The notes under the pieces: model-generated
Seen by the model: only the letters and a program-made list of their open reading frames with translations
The model's database searches: none
What the model was told of the DNA's origin: nothing
Program-made: the position numbers and the translations under genes
Part shown: in pieces, positions 25,286 through 34,046 of the stretch
Layout of the letters: the number at the start of each line of letters is the position of its first letter
Numbering within the stretch: the stretch's first letter is position 1
Source: a virus
Virus record (IMG/VR): IMGVR_UViG_3300021170_000016
Span: 2,320-66,319 of that record
Reading direction: 5' to 3' (one strand)
DNA: 64,000 nt

Positions 25286-27535
25286 ATGGTGCCTTCATCG
25301 TCGATCGCCCAGCCTGATCCGAGCCTTGTTCCGCCTGGGGTCGACGTCCCGAATGCCGAGAACGCTCCCGTTCGCAAGCTCGATCCGGTCGAGCTGCAGC
25401 GGCTTGGCTCGAAGCTCGGCCTGCTCTTCACGCAGTATCGCTCCGATCGGCGCTTGGCCGAGCTACGGTGGCTTCGCTGCGAGCGCCAGTATCTCGGCAT
25501 CTATGACCCTGACGTCGACAAGGAGCTGAGCGCGCAGCGCTCGCGGTCATACCCCAAGGTGACGCGCGTCAAGTGTCTCAGCGTGCTCTCCCGTCTTATG
25601 AGCCTCATGTTCCCCGGCAACGAGAGGAACTGGGAGCTGACCGCGTCCCCCTCCATGGACATGAAGATGGAGGACGTGCAGGCGGCCATCAAGCTCGCGC
25701 AGAAGCGTGACGCCGATGCGGGCGATCCGCCGAAGCCGACCGATCTTGACTACGTCTTCACCGCCATCAAGCAGCTCGCGGCGAAGCGCGCCGAAGACCT
25801 CACGGTGATGATCGACGGACAGATGCAGGAGCTGGGCGGACATCAGACGCTCGACTACATCGCGCTCAACCGATCGGTCATCAAGTCCGGCATCGTGTTC
25901 GGCGTCGGCCTCCTCGAAGGTCCCTACGCGATCGAGGCGAAGAAGACAGTGTGGAAGGCAGGCCCCGACGGACAGCCGAAGCCGTCGCAGAAGACCATCT
26001 ACAAGCCATGCTTCGAGTGGGTGCCCATCTGGGATTTCTATCCGGACATGAGCGCCAAGCGCTTCGAGACGATGGACGGCTACTTCGTCCGCAAGGTGAT
26101 GTCGCGCGCGCAGGTGCGCAAGCTCGCCGATCGCCCGGACTTTTTCGAGGACGTCATAACCGGCTTCCTCGAAAAGAACGCGATGGGGAACTGGCGTCCG
26201 CTGGAGTTCGAGACCGAGCTGCGCGCGATGGGCGTCAAGTCCAACACGAATGAGCAGAAGACCGAGACGTCAAAGTATGAGATTCTCGTGTGGCACGGTC
26301 AGCTGTCCGGCCAGATGCTCTACCTCGCCGGCATCGATGTGGAGCCCGCCAAATGGGGCGACGACATGGACGCCGAGGTCTGGATGATCGGCGAGAATGT
26401 GATCAAGGTCACGCTCAATCCGTGGAAAGAACTTGGAGTCGATGTGAAGACGTTGCACTCGTTCGTATTCGACGAGGATGATACAAGCCCGATCGGCCAG
26501 GGGCTCCCTGTCATTATGCGCGACAGCCAGATGGCGATCAGCGCGGCATCGCGTATGCTGCTCGACAACGCGAGCGTCATCTGCGGGCCCAACCTCGAAC
26601 TCAATACCGATCTGCTCCGGCCCGACCAGGACCTCACGAGCATGAGCGCCTACAAGTTTTGGTATCGCGAGGGCACCGGCAACGACGCGTTGCAGCCCGC
26701 GGTGCGCGAGATCGAGGTCAAGTCGCATCTCGACGAGCTGCGTGAGGTGATCCACCTCTACATGGACTTCGCGGACCAGGAGACATTCGTTGGCCCGGCG
26801 ACGGGCGGCGATATGACCAAATCCAACAGCGAGCCGATGCGCACCGCGGCGGGCGCGAGCATGATCCGCGGCGACGCCGCACTACCGTTCAAGGACATCG
26901 TGCGCAGCTTCGACACCTTCACGCAGTCGGTGCTCGACTCGATCGTGCAGTTCAACCGAAAGCTCAACCCCGACGAGACTCCGGAGGCCGACTACGACAT
27001 CATCGCGCGTGGCGCGACGTCCCTTGTCGCGAAAGAGGTGCGCGGGCTCCAAATGGACCAGCTCGCGACGACGCTCCTCGACGAGGAGAAGCGCGAGATT
27101 AACTTCCGCAAGTTCTCGCGAGCCCGCCTCAAGGTCCGGGACATGGACGATCTGCTGGTGAGCGACGAGGAGTCGGATCGTCGTGCGAAGGCGGCCAACG
27201 ATAGCGCCACGCAGCAGCAGGATATGATGCAGAAGACGGCGGAGGCGACGGTTCGCAAGCTGCTCTCGGATGCGTTCAAGAACATCGCGACGGCCCAAAA
27301 GAACATGGCCGGCGCAGATGCCACCAACGTCCAGACCGCCCTCGATCTCTTGGAGCGAGGCATGGCTGGCGCACTCAGCGGAGATCAAAGTGGACAGACG
27401 GGAGCGACTGCGGCGGGAAATCCTCCTCAAGGAGGAGCTGTGGAATCGGCGGGAGGAGTTCCGGCCGGTGGCGGAGCTGCTCCAGCTGCGGGTGGAGTCG
27501 GCCCAGGAGGAGCTGCTGGTGGCGGAGCCGGCTGA
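25286..27535 (+). CDS. portal protein
   Basis: 749 aa after TerL; WDFYPD, RTAAGASM, Gly-rich tail typical of podovirus portals. Confidence 0.85.
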   Translation: MVPSSSIAQPDPSLVPPGVDVPNAENAPVRKLDPVELQRLGSKLGLLFTQYRSDRRLAELRWLRCERQYLGIYDPDVDKELSAQRSRSYPKVTRVKCLSVLSRLMSLMFPGNERNWELTASPSMDMKMEDVQAAIKLAQKRDADAGDPPKPTDLDYVFTAIKQLAAKRAEDLTVMIDGQMQELGGHQTLDYIALNRSVIKSGIVFGVGLLEGPYAIEAKKTVWKAGPDGQPKPSQKTIYKPCFEWVPIWDFYPDMSAKRFETMDGYFVRKVMSRAQVRKLADRPDFFEDVITGFLEKNAMGNWRPLEFETELRAMGVKSNTNEQKTETSKYEILVWHGQLSGQMLYLAGIDVEPAKWGDDMDAEVWMIGENVIKVTLNPWKELGVDVKTLHSFVFDEDDTSPIGQGLPVIMRDSQMAISAASRMLLDNASVICGPNLELNTDLLRPDQDLTSMSAYKFWYREGTGNDALQPAVREIEVKSHLDELREVIHLYMDFADQETFVGPATGGDMTKSNSEPMRTAAGASMIRGDAALPFKDIVRSFDTFTQSVLDSIVQFNRKLNPDETPEADYDIIARGATSLVAKEVRGLQMDQLATTLLDEEKREINFRKFSRARLKVRDMDDLLVSDEESDRRAKAANDSATQQQDMMQKTAEATVRKLLSDAFKNIATAQKNMAGADATNVQTALDLLERGMAGALSGDQSGQTGATAAGNPPQGGAVESAGGVPAGGGAAPAAGGVGPGGAAGGGAG

Positions 27536-27662
27536 TCTTCACCGACTGCAGGGCGCGGCGGTGGCGCTCAACGCGATGCTCAAAATCTTCACTGTTCCGC
27601 GGCCGGTCATCAAGCCCGACGAACCGCCCGCGGCTCCCCTTGATGGTATTGAACTCTGGTAG
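27390..27662 (+). CDS. small helical protein overlapping the portal C-terminus
   Basis: GGAG RBS then GTG; LHRLQGAAVAL motif typical of post-portal genes. Confidence 0.7.
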   Translation: MDRRERLRREILLKEELWNRREEFRPVAELLQLRVESAQEELLVAEPADLHRLQGAAVALNAMLKIFTVPRPVIKPDEPPAAPLDGIELW

Positions 27663-27676
27663 CGAAAGGATGAGTT

Positions 27677-28702
27677 ATGGCTGGTGAGACAAAGGTAGAG
27701 ACCACGGACGACTTCGAGGCGGCCTTCGCGCAGATTGCGGATGCAGACGCGAAGGGCACGGAGGTCAAGATCGAGCCTCAGGTCGAAAAGACCGCGGAGC
27801 AGATCGAAGCGGAGCGTGTTGCGGCTGAAGCTGCAGCGGCCGAGAAGACAGCGGCTGACGCCGCAGCGGCGGCGAACGCCGGCAAGACCCCCGAGCAGAT
27901 TGAGGCCGAAGCTACCGCGGCGGAAGAGGCTGCGGCGAAGAAGGCCGCGGACGATGCTGCTGCCGCCGCTGCTCAAGTCGCTGCTGCGGCCGATGAGCGT
28001 CTCGCTGCGACGGTTGCGAAGGCGGTCAGCCAGACCAACGCCGAGGCTGCGGCGGCTGAAGCTGAACGTCAGCGTGCGGCGGCTGCGGCGGCGAAGGAGC
28101 CTCCGGCGCTTCTCACCGCCGAAGAGATGGCGGTCGTTCGGAAGTTCGAAGAAGAGTTTCCGGATATCGCCAAGGCGCAAATGATCCAGCGTCGCGCCGA
28201 ATACAAGCAGATCGTCGGTCACACGCTCGATCAGGTCCAGAAGTATGTCGGCGAGCAGATCGAGCCGCTCGCCAAGCTCTTGGCGAACCTCGCCGAGCGC
28301 ACGCATGTCGGCGATCTCCAGAAGGAGGTCCCGAACTACGACAAGCTCGATGTCGCGACGCTCGCGGCGTGGGTCAAGACGCAGCCGGCATACATTCGGA
28401 CTGGAATGGATGAGGTCATGCGCAGCGGTTCGGCCACGGACGTCAAGGACCTCGTCACGCGGTTCTACAAGGAGACAGGGACGACGCCTCCGGCTGCTAC
28501 GCCGGCTGCGAAGACCCCCGAGGAGACCGCTGCGGCTGCTGCGGTCGATGCGAAGACCAAGAAGGCGGTCGCCGCGCTCGCGCCCGTCGTCACCAAGCGT
28601 AGCAGTGTCGCGGCTGCTGCGGAGCCCGCGGACTTCGACGGTGCATTCGCCGCCGCGGCGCGCGAGCTGGAAGGTATTGACGGCGGTCGATTCACGCGTT
28701 GA
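27677..28702 (+). CDS. capsid scaffolding protein
   Basis: Ala/Glu-rich, DFEAAF and DFDGAF ends, precedes MCP. Confidence 0.75.
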   Translation: MAGETKVETTDDFEAAFAQIADADAKGTEVKIEPQVEKTAEQIEAERVAAEAAAAEKTAADAAAAANAGKTPEQIEAEATAAEEAAAKKAADDAAAAAAQVAAAADERLAATVAKAVSQTNAEAAAAEAERQRAAAAAAKEPPALLTAEEMAVVRKFEEEFPDIAKAQMIQRRAEYKQIVGHTLDQVQKYVGEQIEPLAKLLANLAERTHVGDLQKEVPNYDKLDVATLAAWVKTQPAYIRTGMDEVMRSGSATDVKDLVTRFYKETGTTPPAATPAAKTPEETAAAAAVDAKTKKAVAALAPVVTKRSSVAAAAEPADFDGAFAAAARELEGIDGGRFTR

Positions 28703-28724
28703 AATTTTCTGGGGGCGGACCCGG

Positions 28725-28753
28725 TTGACAGACACGACGTTTATACGTTAAGT
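28725..28753 (+). promoter_or_regulatory. promoter for the capsid gene
   Basis: TTGACA-17 bp-TTAAGT. Confidence 0.5.
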
Positions 28754-28844
28754 GTCTTCCAACTGAGCTGCCCCCAGCTGCTATGCAAGCGGTAGTTGGA
28801 CGGACCTAGTCGGTATCAAGTTTTGAACCTGACAGGAGTCCCAC

Positions 28845-29918
28845 ATGGCCGCCGCAGTCACCACCTATGGCGATATCTCCCCCGCCGTCGCCGCGTATTC
28901 CGTGGTCCGCATGCTGAAGCGTGCGATGCCCTACCTTCACATCGAGAAGTTCGGTCAGAGCTACCCGCTCCCGACCAACTCGACGAACACCGCCAAGTTC
29001 CGTCGTTACTTCCTGCAGGGCGCTGCGGGCGCGGCCGGTCCCGACAACGGCGGCGGCACCAACGGCGCTGGCACGGCGTTCTTCATCCCGCTGGCGACCA
29101 CGCCGCTTGTCGAGGGCGTCACGCCCGAAGGCACGCTGCTCGCCAACCAGGACTACACCATCACGCTGCAGCAGTATGGCAACTTCGTCACGATCACCGA
29201 CGTGATCGAGGACACCCATACCGACCCGGTTCTCCAGCAAGCGACCGACACGCTCGGCGAGCAGGCTGCGGTCACGGTCGAGACGCTGCGCTTCAACGTC
29301 CTCAAGGCCGGCACCAACGTCTGGTATGCGGGCAACGTCGCGAGCCGCACGCTCATCTCCACCGCGATCTCGCTCACCGATCAGCGCCGAGTGACGACTG
29401 GCCTCAACCGCCAGAACTCGAAGAAGATCAGCTCGGTCATCGCGTCCACGCCGGACTTCAATACGAAGTCGGTCGAAGCGTCCTATATGGCGATCTGCCA
29501 TCCGGACCTGGAGACCGATCTGCGTTCGATGACCGGCTTCAAGGTCGTCGCGGACTACGGCCCGCACACGACCCCGTTCGAGGGCGAGATCGGCTCGGTC
29601 GAGCAGGTTCGGTATCTCACGTCCACCATCTTCGCGCCGTTCCTCGCGGCCGGCGTCGTGGTCGCGACCGCGCCGCTACTCCGCTCGCTCGGCGGCGTCA
29701 ACATCGACGTCTATCCGATCCTGATCTTCGGCCGCGACGCCTTCGGCATGGTCCCGCTGAAGGGCAAGTCGTCCATGACCCCGATGGTCGTCAATCCGAA
29801 GCCCGCCGCGTCCGACCCGCTCGCCCAGCGCGGCACGGTCGGCTGGAAGCTTTGGCACGGCACCATCATCCTGCAGGACGCCTTCATGGCTCGCCTGGAG
29901 GTCGGCTGCACCGCCTAA
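28845..29918 (+). CDS. major capsid protein (N4-gp56 family)
   Basis: EKFGQ, KFRRY, EGVTP, QYG...ITD, DPLAQRGTVGWK. Confidence 0.92.
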   Translation: MAAAVTTYGDISPAVAAYSVVRMLKRAMPYLHIEKFGQSYPLPTNSTNTAKFRRYFLQGAAGAAGPDNGGGTNGAGTAFFIPLATTPLVEGVTPEGTLLANQDYTITLQQYGNFVTITDVIEDTHTDPVLQQATDTLGEQAAVTVETLRFNVLKAGTNVWYAGNVASRTLISTAISLTDQRRVTTGLNRQNSKKISSVIASTPDFNTKSVEASYMAICHPDLETDLRSMTGFKVVADYGPHTTPFEGEIGSVEQVRYLTSTIFAPFLAAGVVVATAPLLRSLGGVNIDVYPILIFGRDAFGMVPLKGKSSMTPMVVNPKPAASDPLAQRGTVGWKLWHGTIILQDAFMARLEVGCTA

Positions 29919-29923
29919 TAGCT

Positions 29924-29958
29924 GAGGGGTCGAGTCAGATCGGTCTGACTCGCCTCTC
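29924..29958 (+). terminator. hairpin after MCP; variant of the dyad element
   Basis: GAGGGGTC-GAGTCAGA-TCGG-TCTGACTC-GCCTCTC. Confidence 0.5.
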
Positions 29959-29979
29959 TCACCCCTCGGTTCTTGGAGA

Positions 29980-30432
29980 ATGAACATGACGCTCAACACG
30001 AACGGCCCGGCCCCTCTGATGGAAGCTGGTGGCATCGCCAGCGCGGCCTACGGTCAATACACCGGCGACGGTTCCGGTGCGATTACGATCCCGCTTGGCT
30101 TCTCGCCGATGGGGGTCAAGGTCTGGAACATGACCGACCACCTCTACTGGGAATGGAACGCCGGCATGGCCGCGACCCATTCGCTGATGACGACCGGTTC
30201 GACCGGCGTGATCACGGATGACACCAGCTCGGCGATCGTTTCGAACCACGTGATCACGTCGAATACCGGCGCGGGCGTTTACGATCCGGGCCAGAACGGC
30301 GCGGGTGAGGGCTCGCTTATCAACACGACCTTCTCGGTCGATGCTCCGGATCAGACGAAGCCGAAGCTTGTGCTCGCCAGCGCCTCGCTGAATATCAACG
30401 GCAAACTCTACTGCTGGGAAGCGATGGGCTGA
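29980..30432 (+). CDS. putative capsid decoration protein
   Basis: follows MCP; GQYTGDG...LGFSP..VKV motif. Confidence 0.55.
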   Translation: MNMTLNTNGPAPLMEAGGIASAAYGQYTGDGSGAITIPLGFSPMGVKVWNMTDHLYWEWNAGMAATHSLMTTGSTGVITDDTSSAIVSNHVITSNTGAGVYDPGQNGAGEGSLINTTFSVDAPDQTKPKLVLASASLNINGKLYCWEAMG

Positions 30433-30488
30433 TTTGTTGGCGAGGTCTTCGGACCTCGTCGTATCCTTCTCTGGCTGGAGTGGTGGTC

Positions 30489-30725
30489 ATGTCTCTTGTT
30501 ACGAACCAAGCGTTTATGACCGCTGTAATCACTCCTTCGGGTAGCGCTGGGGCGGTCAGTGTCCCTGGGCTCCAGGTCGGCGATCGTGTCATCCTCCAGG
30601 TGAGTTCGGTCGATGGTCGAATCGGGAACTATGAGTCCGTCATTTCCGTCGCTGATGAGGTCCAGCAGCTGGCTGGATGGGGTGATGGCGGGACAGTGAC
30701 CCTTACGATCCTCCGCCTGAATTGA
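30489..30725 (+). CDS. hypothetical virion protein
   Basis: GGAG RBS; VPGLQVGDRV. Confidence 0.6.
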   Translation: MSLVTNQAFMTAVITPSGSAGAVSVPGLQVGDRVILQVSSVDGRIGNYESVISVADEVQQLAGWGDGGTVTLTILRLN

Positions 30726-30726
30726 C

Positions 30727-31041
30727 GTGTCCTACTACCCTGATGAGGCTCCTATGAGCTATGGCAGCGGCTGTGTCCGGATCGATCGCAAGGCCAATGG
30801 CTATTGCGTCCAGGTGACCGATCCCGCGATCGTCGCGAAGAACAACAAGCGCGACTCCGGCAAGGGTTACACGCCCTACCAGAGCCCCGAGCGCGAATAC
30901 ATTTTCAAGTCGGTGGACGAAGTCGTGAAGTTCATCACCAAGAACCTCGACAAGGCTCTACCGAAGGATGAAGCCGTCGACTCCTTCGAGTCGGCATTCG
31001 ACAAGGCCGCTGCGGCGGTGTCCAAAGAAGAGAAGGACTGA
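30727..31041 (+). CDS. hypothetical protein
   Basis: RIDRKANGY...EYIF motif. Confidence 0.7.
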   Translation: MSYYPDEAPMSYGSGCVRIDRKANGYCVQVTDPAIVAKNNKRDSGKGYTPYQSPEREYIFKSVDEVVKFITKNLDKALPKDEAVDSFESAFDKAAAAVSKEEKD

Positions 31042-31046
31042 CGCCG

Positions 31047-31532
31047 ATGACTGTTGTCATGAAGACTCTCGACGAGACCCAGAATGGTCCGATCGGTCCC
31101 GAACTCAACAAGATCAACTCGAACTTCAAGACCCTTGCGACCGCGGTCAACGCGGGTGTCACCGGCCCCACCGGCCCGACCGGTGCAGGCGGCCCGACAG
31201 GCCCCAACGGTGGCCCGACCGGCCCGACAGGTCCTACCGGCACGACCGGGGCGACGGGCCCCACCGGCGCAGGTCCCACCGGCCCCACCGGTGCGGGCGC
31301 GGCGCAGACGGCGGGCACCTTCGTTCTCAATGGTGCGACTCCAGTCGTTGTGGCGGCTGCAGCGGTTACGGCGAACTCCGTCATCGTCATCACGCTGAAG
31401 ACCGCGGGTGGCACGCCGGGCGGTGCCTCACTCACTGGTCCGGATGTGGTCACGATCACGCCCAGCACTGGGTTCCACGTCGCCGGTCAAGCGACCGACA
31501 CGTCGACCTACAACTATCTCATCATCGGCTAA
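31047..31532 (+). CDS. short collagen-like (GPT) head or tail fibre protein
   Basis: Gly-X-Y repeats plus C-terminal beta domain. Confidence 0.75.
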   Translation: MTVVMKTLDETQNGPIGPELNKINSNFKTLATAVNAGVTGPTGPTGAGGPTGPNGGPTGPTGPTGTTGATGPTGAGPTGPTGAGAAQTAGTFVLNGATPVVVAAAAVTANSVIVITLKTAGGTPGGASLTGPDVVTITPSTGFHVAGQATDTSTYNYLIIG

Positions 31533-31589
31533 TCGCCGGTGGTGTGATGAAGCCTCGATAACCTTGCCTTCGAACAAAGGAATCGTATC

Positions 31590-31883
31590 ATGTCTGCTGC
31601 ACTGAAACTCGGCTCGAACATCCCTCCGACGATCAAGCCCGGCTACGTCCGGATCATGTTGGAGGACTCCGACAAAATCCCTCCGACCGGCCAGTTCTTC
31701 GGCCTCAACGGCGCTGGCTTCATGCTGCGCGCCGGAGAGGAGGCGGACGTGCCGACTGGGATCATCGAGATTCTCGACAACGCCGTCGAGTCGCACGCGA
31801 TCAAGAATGGCTCGAACCAAGTCGTCGGCTATCGCAACCGCCATCGGTTCCCCTACCGGGTGATCCGGAGGGTTGAGGACTAA
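31590..31883 (+). CDS. hypothetical virion protein
   Basis: AAGGA RBS. Confidence 0.7.
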   Translation: MSAALKLGSNIPPTIKPGYVRIMLEDSDKIPPTGQFFGLNGAGFMLRAGEEADVPTGIIEILDNAVESHAIKNGSNQVVGYRNRHRFPYRVIRRVED

Positions 31884-32656
31884 TGAACCTCTCCCAGCTT
31901 CTCGACGAGCTGCGTCATGGGATTCTCCATGACCGATCCGACCAGATCGCCGGGAGCGAGCCCGACTACCTCTGGTCGGATGATCGTCTGACCAACTACA
32001 TCAATGAGGCCCAGCGCAAGATGGCGCGCGAGGGCCTCATGATCCGCGACGGGACGACGCCGGATTGCTGTCAGGTCCGGACGGTCGCCGGCCAGCAGGA
32101 ATACACGCTGCACCCGTCGGTGGTGGCAGTGATTTCCGCGAAGATGGATGAGGATATGGCGGACCTCGCGCGCGCAGGTCACTCGCCATTCCAGACGTAT
32201 CACACTCCCGATACCTACTTTTTCGACCCCTCGCAGCTCTCGACGGTGCCGCCCGGAAAAATCCTCGCGTTCGGCACGGACGAGGAGGTGGCTCCGGATG
32301 ACGACGGCTCGATGAGCACGATGGTGCTGCGAGCGTTCCCGGTGCCGGATGCGGCGCACGACGGGATCATCATGCGCCTGCGCGTGGTTCGTGGTCCGCT
32401 CAACGATCTCGTGAACCCGTTGGACGTCCCTGAAATCCCGCGGGACCATCACCTCAACATGCTTGGCTGGGCGGCCTATCTCGCGCTGCGCATCGTGGAC
32501 CACGATCTTGGAGACCCGGAACGCGCTGAGGGCTTCAAGACCCAGTTCGAGATGGACGTCGCCGCGGCCAAGAAGGAAGCGATGCGTAAGCTCTTCACGC
32601 CGAGCCAGTGGGGCTTCGGTCGCAACGGCTGGTCATTCGAGAGGGACTATCAATGA
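31883..32656 (+). CDS. head-tail adaptor-like protein
   Basis: YLWSDDRLTNYINEAQ, GQQEYTL, PEIPRDHH...WAAYLA. Confidence 0.7.
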   Translation: MNLSQLLDELRHGILHDRSDQIAGSEPDYLWSDDRLTNYINEAQRKMAREGLMIRDGTTPDCCQVRTVAGQQEYTLHPSVVAVISAKMDEDMADLARAGHSPFQTYHTPDTYFFDPSQLSTVPPGKILAFGTDEEVAPDDDGSMSTMVLRAFPVPDAAHDGIIMRLRVVRGPLNDLVNPLDVPEIPRDHHLNMLGWAAYLALRIVDHDLGDPERAEGFKTQFEMDVAAAKKEAMRKLFTPSQWGFGRNGWSFERDYQ

Positions 32657-33108
32657 CGCGGTTCTGGTGGATCGTCTCGACGCTTGTTTTCATCTTCCTC
32701 CTCTTCGCTTCGGTCCAAGCGATCCATGCGCAGACGATTGTCGTTGGCGACAGCATCGCGTTTGGCACCGGTCATGCGATGGGCGTGCGCACCTACGCGC
32801 GTGTTGGTGCGGGCTCGTGCGAGATCGCACGCTACAAGTTTCCGGCTGCGGATACGATCGTGGTCTCGGCCGGCATCAACGACGCGCCGGGTCAGTGTGT
32901 CAGAAAATTGTATGCACGCTTCGGACACGCTCGCGTGGTGGTGATCCTCCCGAAGGGCATCAACTCCGCACGCGCGCACGTGGCCGCGGTCGCAGCGGCC
33001 TATGGATACACTACGATCAGCTACCGCACGGTGGGACGAAGCTTTCACCCACGGTCCTACCCTGAACTTGCCGCGGCCATTTGGGGTCGCCTGGGAGCCC
33101 GCCAATGA
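32653..33108 (+). CDS. secreted SGNH/GDSL hydrolase-like protein
   Basis: signal or TM segment; VVGDSIA, VGAG, AGIND, FHP blocks. Confidence 0.7.
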   Translation: MTRFWWIVSTLVFIFLLFASVQAIHAQTIVVGDSIAFGTGHAMGVRTYARVGAGSCEIARYKFPAADTIVVSAGINDAPGQCVRKLYARFGHARVVVILPKGINSARAHVAAVAAAYGYTTISYRTVGRSFHPRSYPELAAAIWGRLGARQ

Positions 33109-33286
33109 GTGTCGCCGATAGCCGCCGTGCGAAGAAGCGTCTCCAGCAGCGCTATGGACGCGCGCAGAAGGTCAAACTTGAAGCTCTGCGCGAGGAAGCC
33201 CGGCGCAAGGGTAAGAAGTAGCCGCAGGTTGCGATCTCCGGACAAAATCGATATGGTGCGGCTCCACGTCATAAGGACCGCCCGAG

Positions 33287-34036
33287 ATGGCCGACGATCT
33301 CACGCCTCAACTCCCCACGATGCCTACCCAGACGCGGTATCCTACGGTAGCCGGCCCTCGTCCGCTATTCCCCGGGAACACCCGCCCGGCACTCACTCCG
33401 GCTGACGCCGCGGCGCTCCAGCAAGGTATGTCGGGCCGCGCCGCGCCCGTTGGTCCTCCGGAGCCGATCATCGCGACTCCTGTGCCGACCCCTGTCACTC
33501 CGGTTCCGACCGCACCTGCTCTCACACCTCCGCAGACCCCGGCGACGAATCCCTACGCGCCGGGTGGCGTCATCCCTCCGGTAGCTGGTCCGGCCGCGGT
33601 CGCCGCATTCCAGAAGAGCCTCGGTGGTGCTCCGGCTCCGTCTCCAGCGCCGGCCGTTGATCCCCAAGCCGGACAGATTCGGTTCATCGACAAGAACTCT
33701 CCGCGCGTCGCCGCTGCGCCGGATGTCATCCGTGGTGGTGTTCCAGGTGCAAGTGGCGGCCTCACGTTTGGACAGCTCTCGTCCGCCGCTTCGTTGGTCC
33801 CTCCGATGCGCTCGCCCGCCGAACGCGCGGCACACTCGCTACTTGATACCTATGAGGCTGAGCATCAGGCTCAACTCAATCTCCTCGCCGCGCAGAAGAG
33901 TGGTGACGCACAGGCGATCAGTGATGCGCAAGCTACGGTCGCCAACTTCAACACAGATGTGATGAAGGCCCACAAGCAGAATATGATGGGCATCGTCAAT
34001 TCGACTCTTGGTTTGACAAACTTCCTTGGTCGTTGA
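33287..34036 (+). CDS. Pro-rich internal virion protein
   Basis: AAGGA RBS; precedes giant protein. Confidence 0.65.
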   Translation: MADDLTPQLPTMPTQTRYPTVAGPRPLFPGNTRPALTPADAAALQQGMSGRAAPVGPPEPIIATPVPTPVTPVPTAPALTPPQTPATNPYAPGGVIPPVAGPAAVAAFQKSLGGAPAPSPAPAVDPQAGQIRFIDKNSPRVAAAPDVIRGGVPGASGGLTFGQLSSAASLVPPMRSPAERAAHSLLDTYEAEHQAQLNLLAAQKSGDAQAISDAQATVANFNTDVMKAHKQNMMGIVNSTLGLTNFLGR

Positions 34037-34046
34037 GGAGTGATAC

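Noticed and set aside
27735-28184. +1 ORF within the scaffold gene
   Set aside because: Arg/Leu repeats are explained by poly-Ala GCT/GCG codons
28796-29983. 395-aa alternative-frame ORF over the capsid gene
   Set aside because: Arg/His/Pro-rich composition expected from C/G-ending codons; no codon anomaly in the host gene
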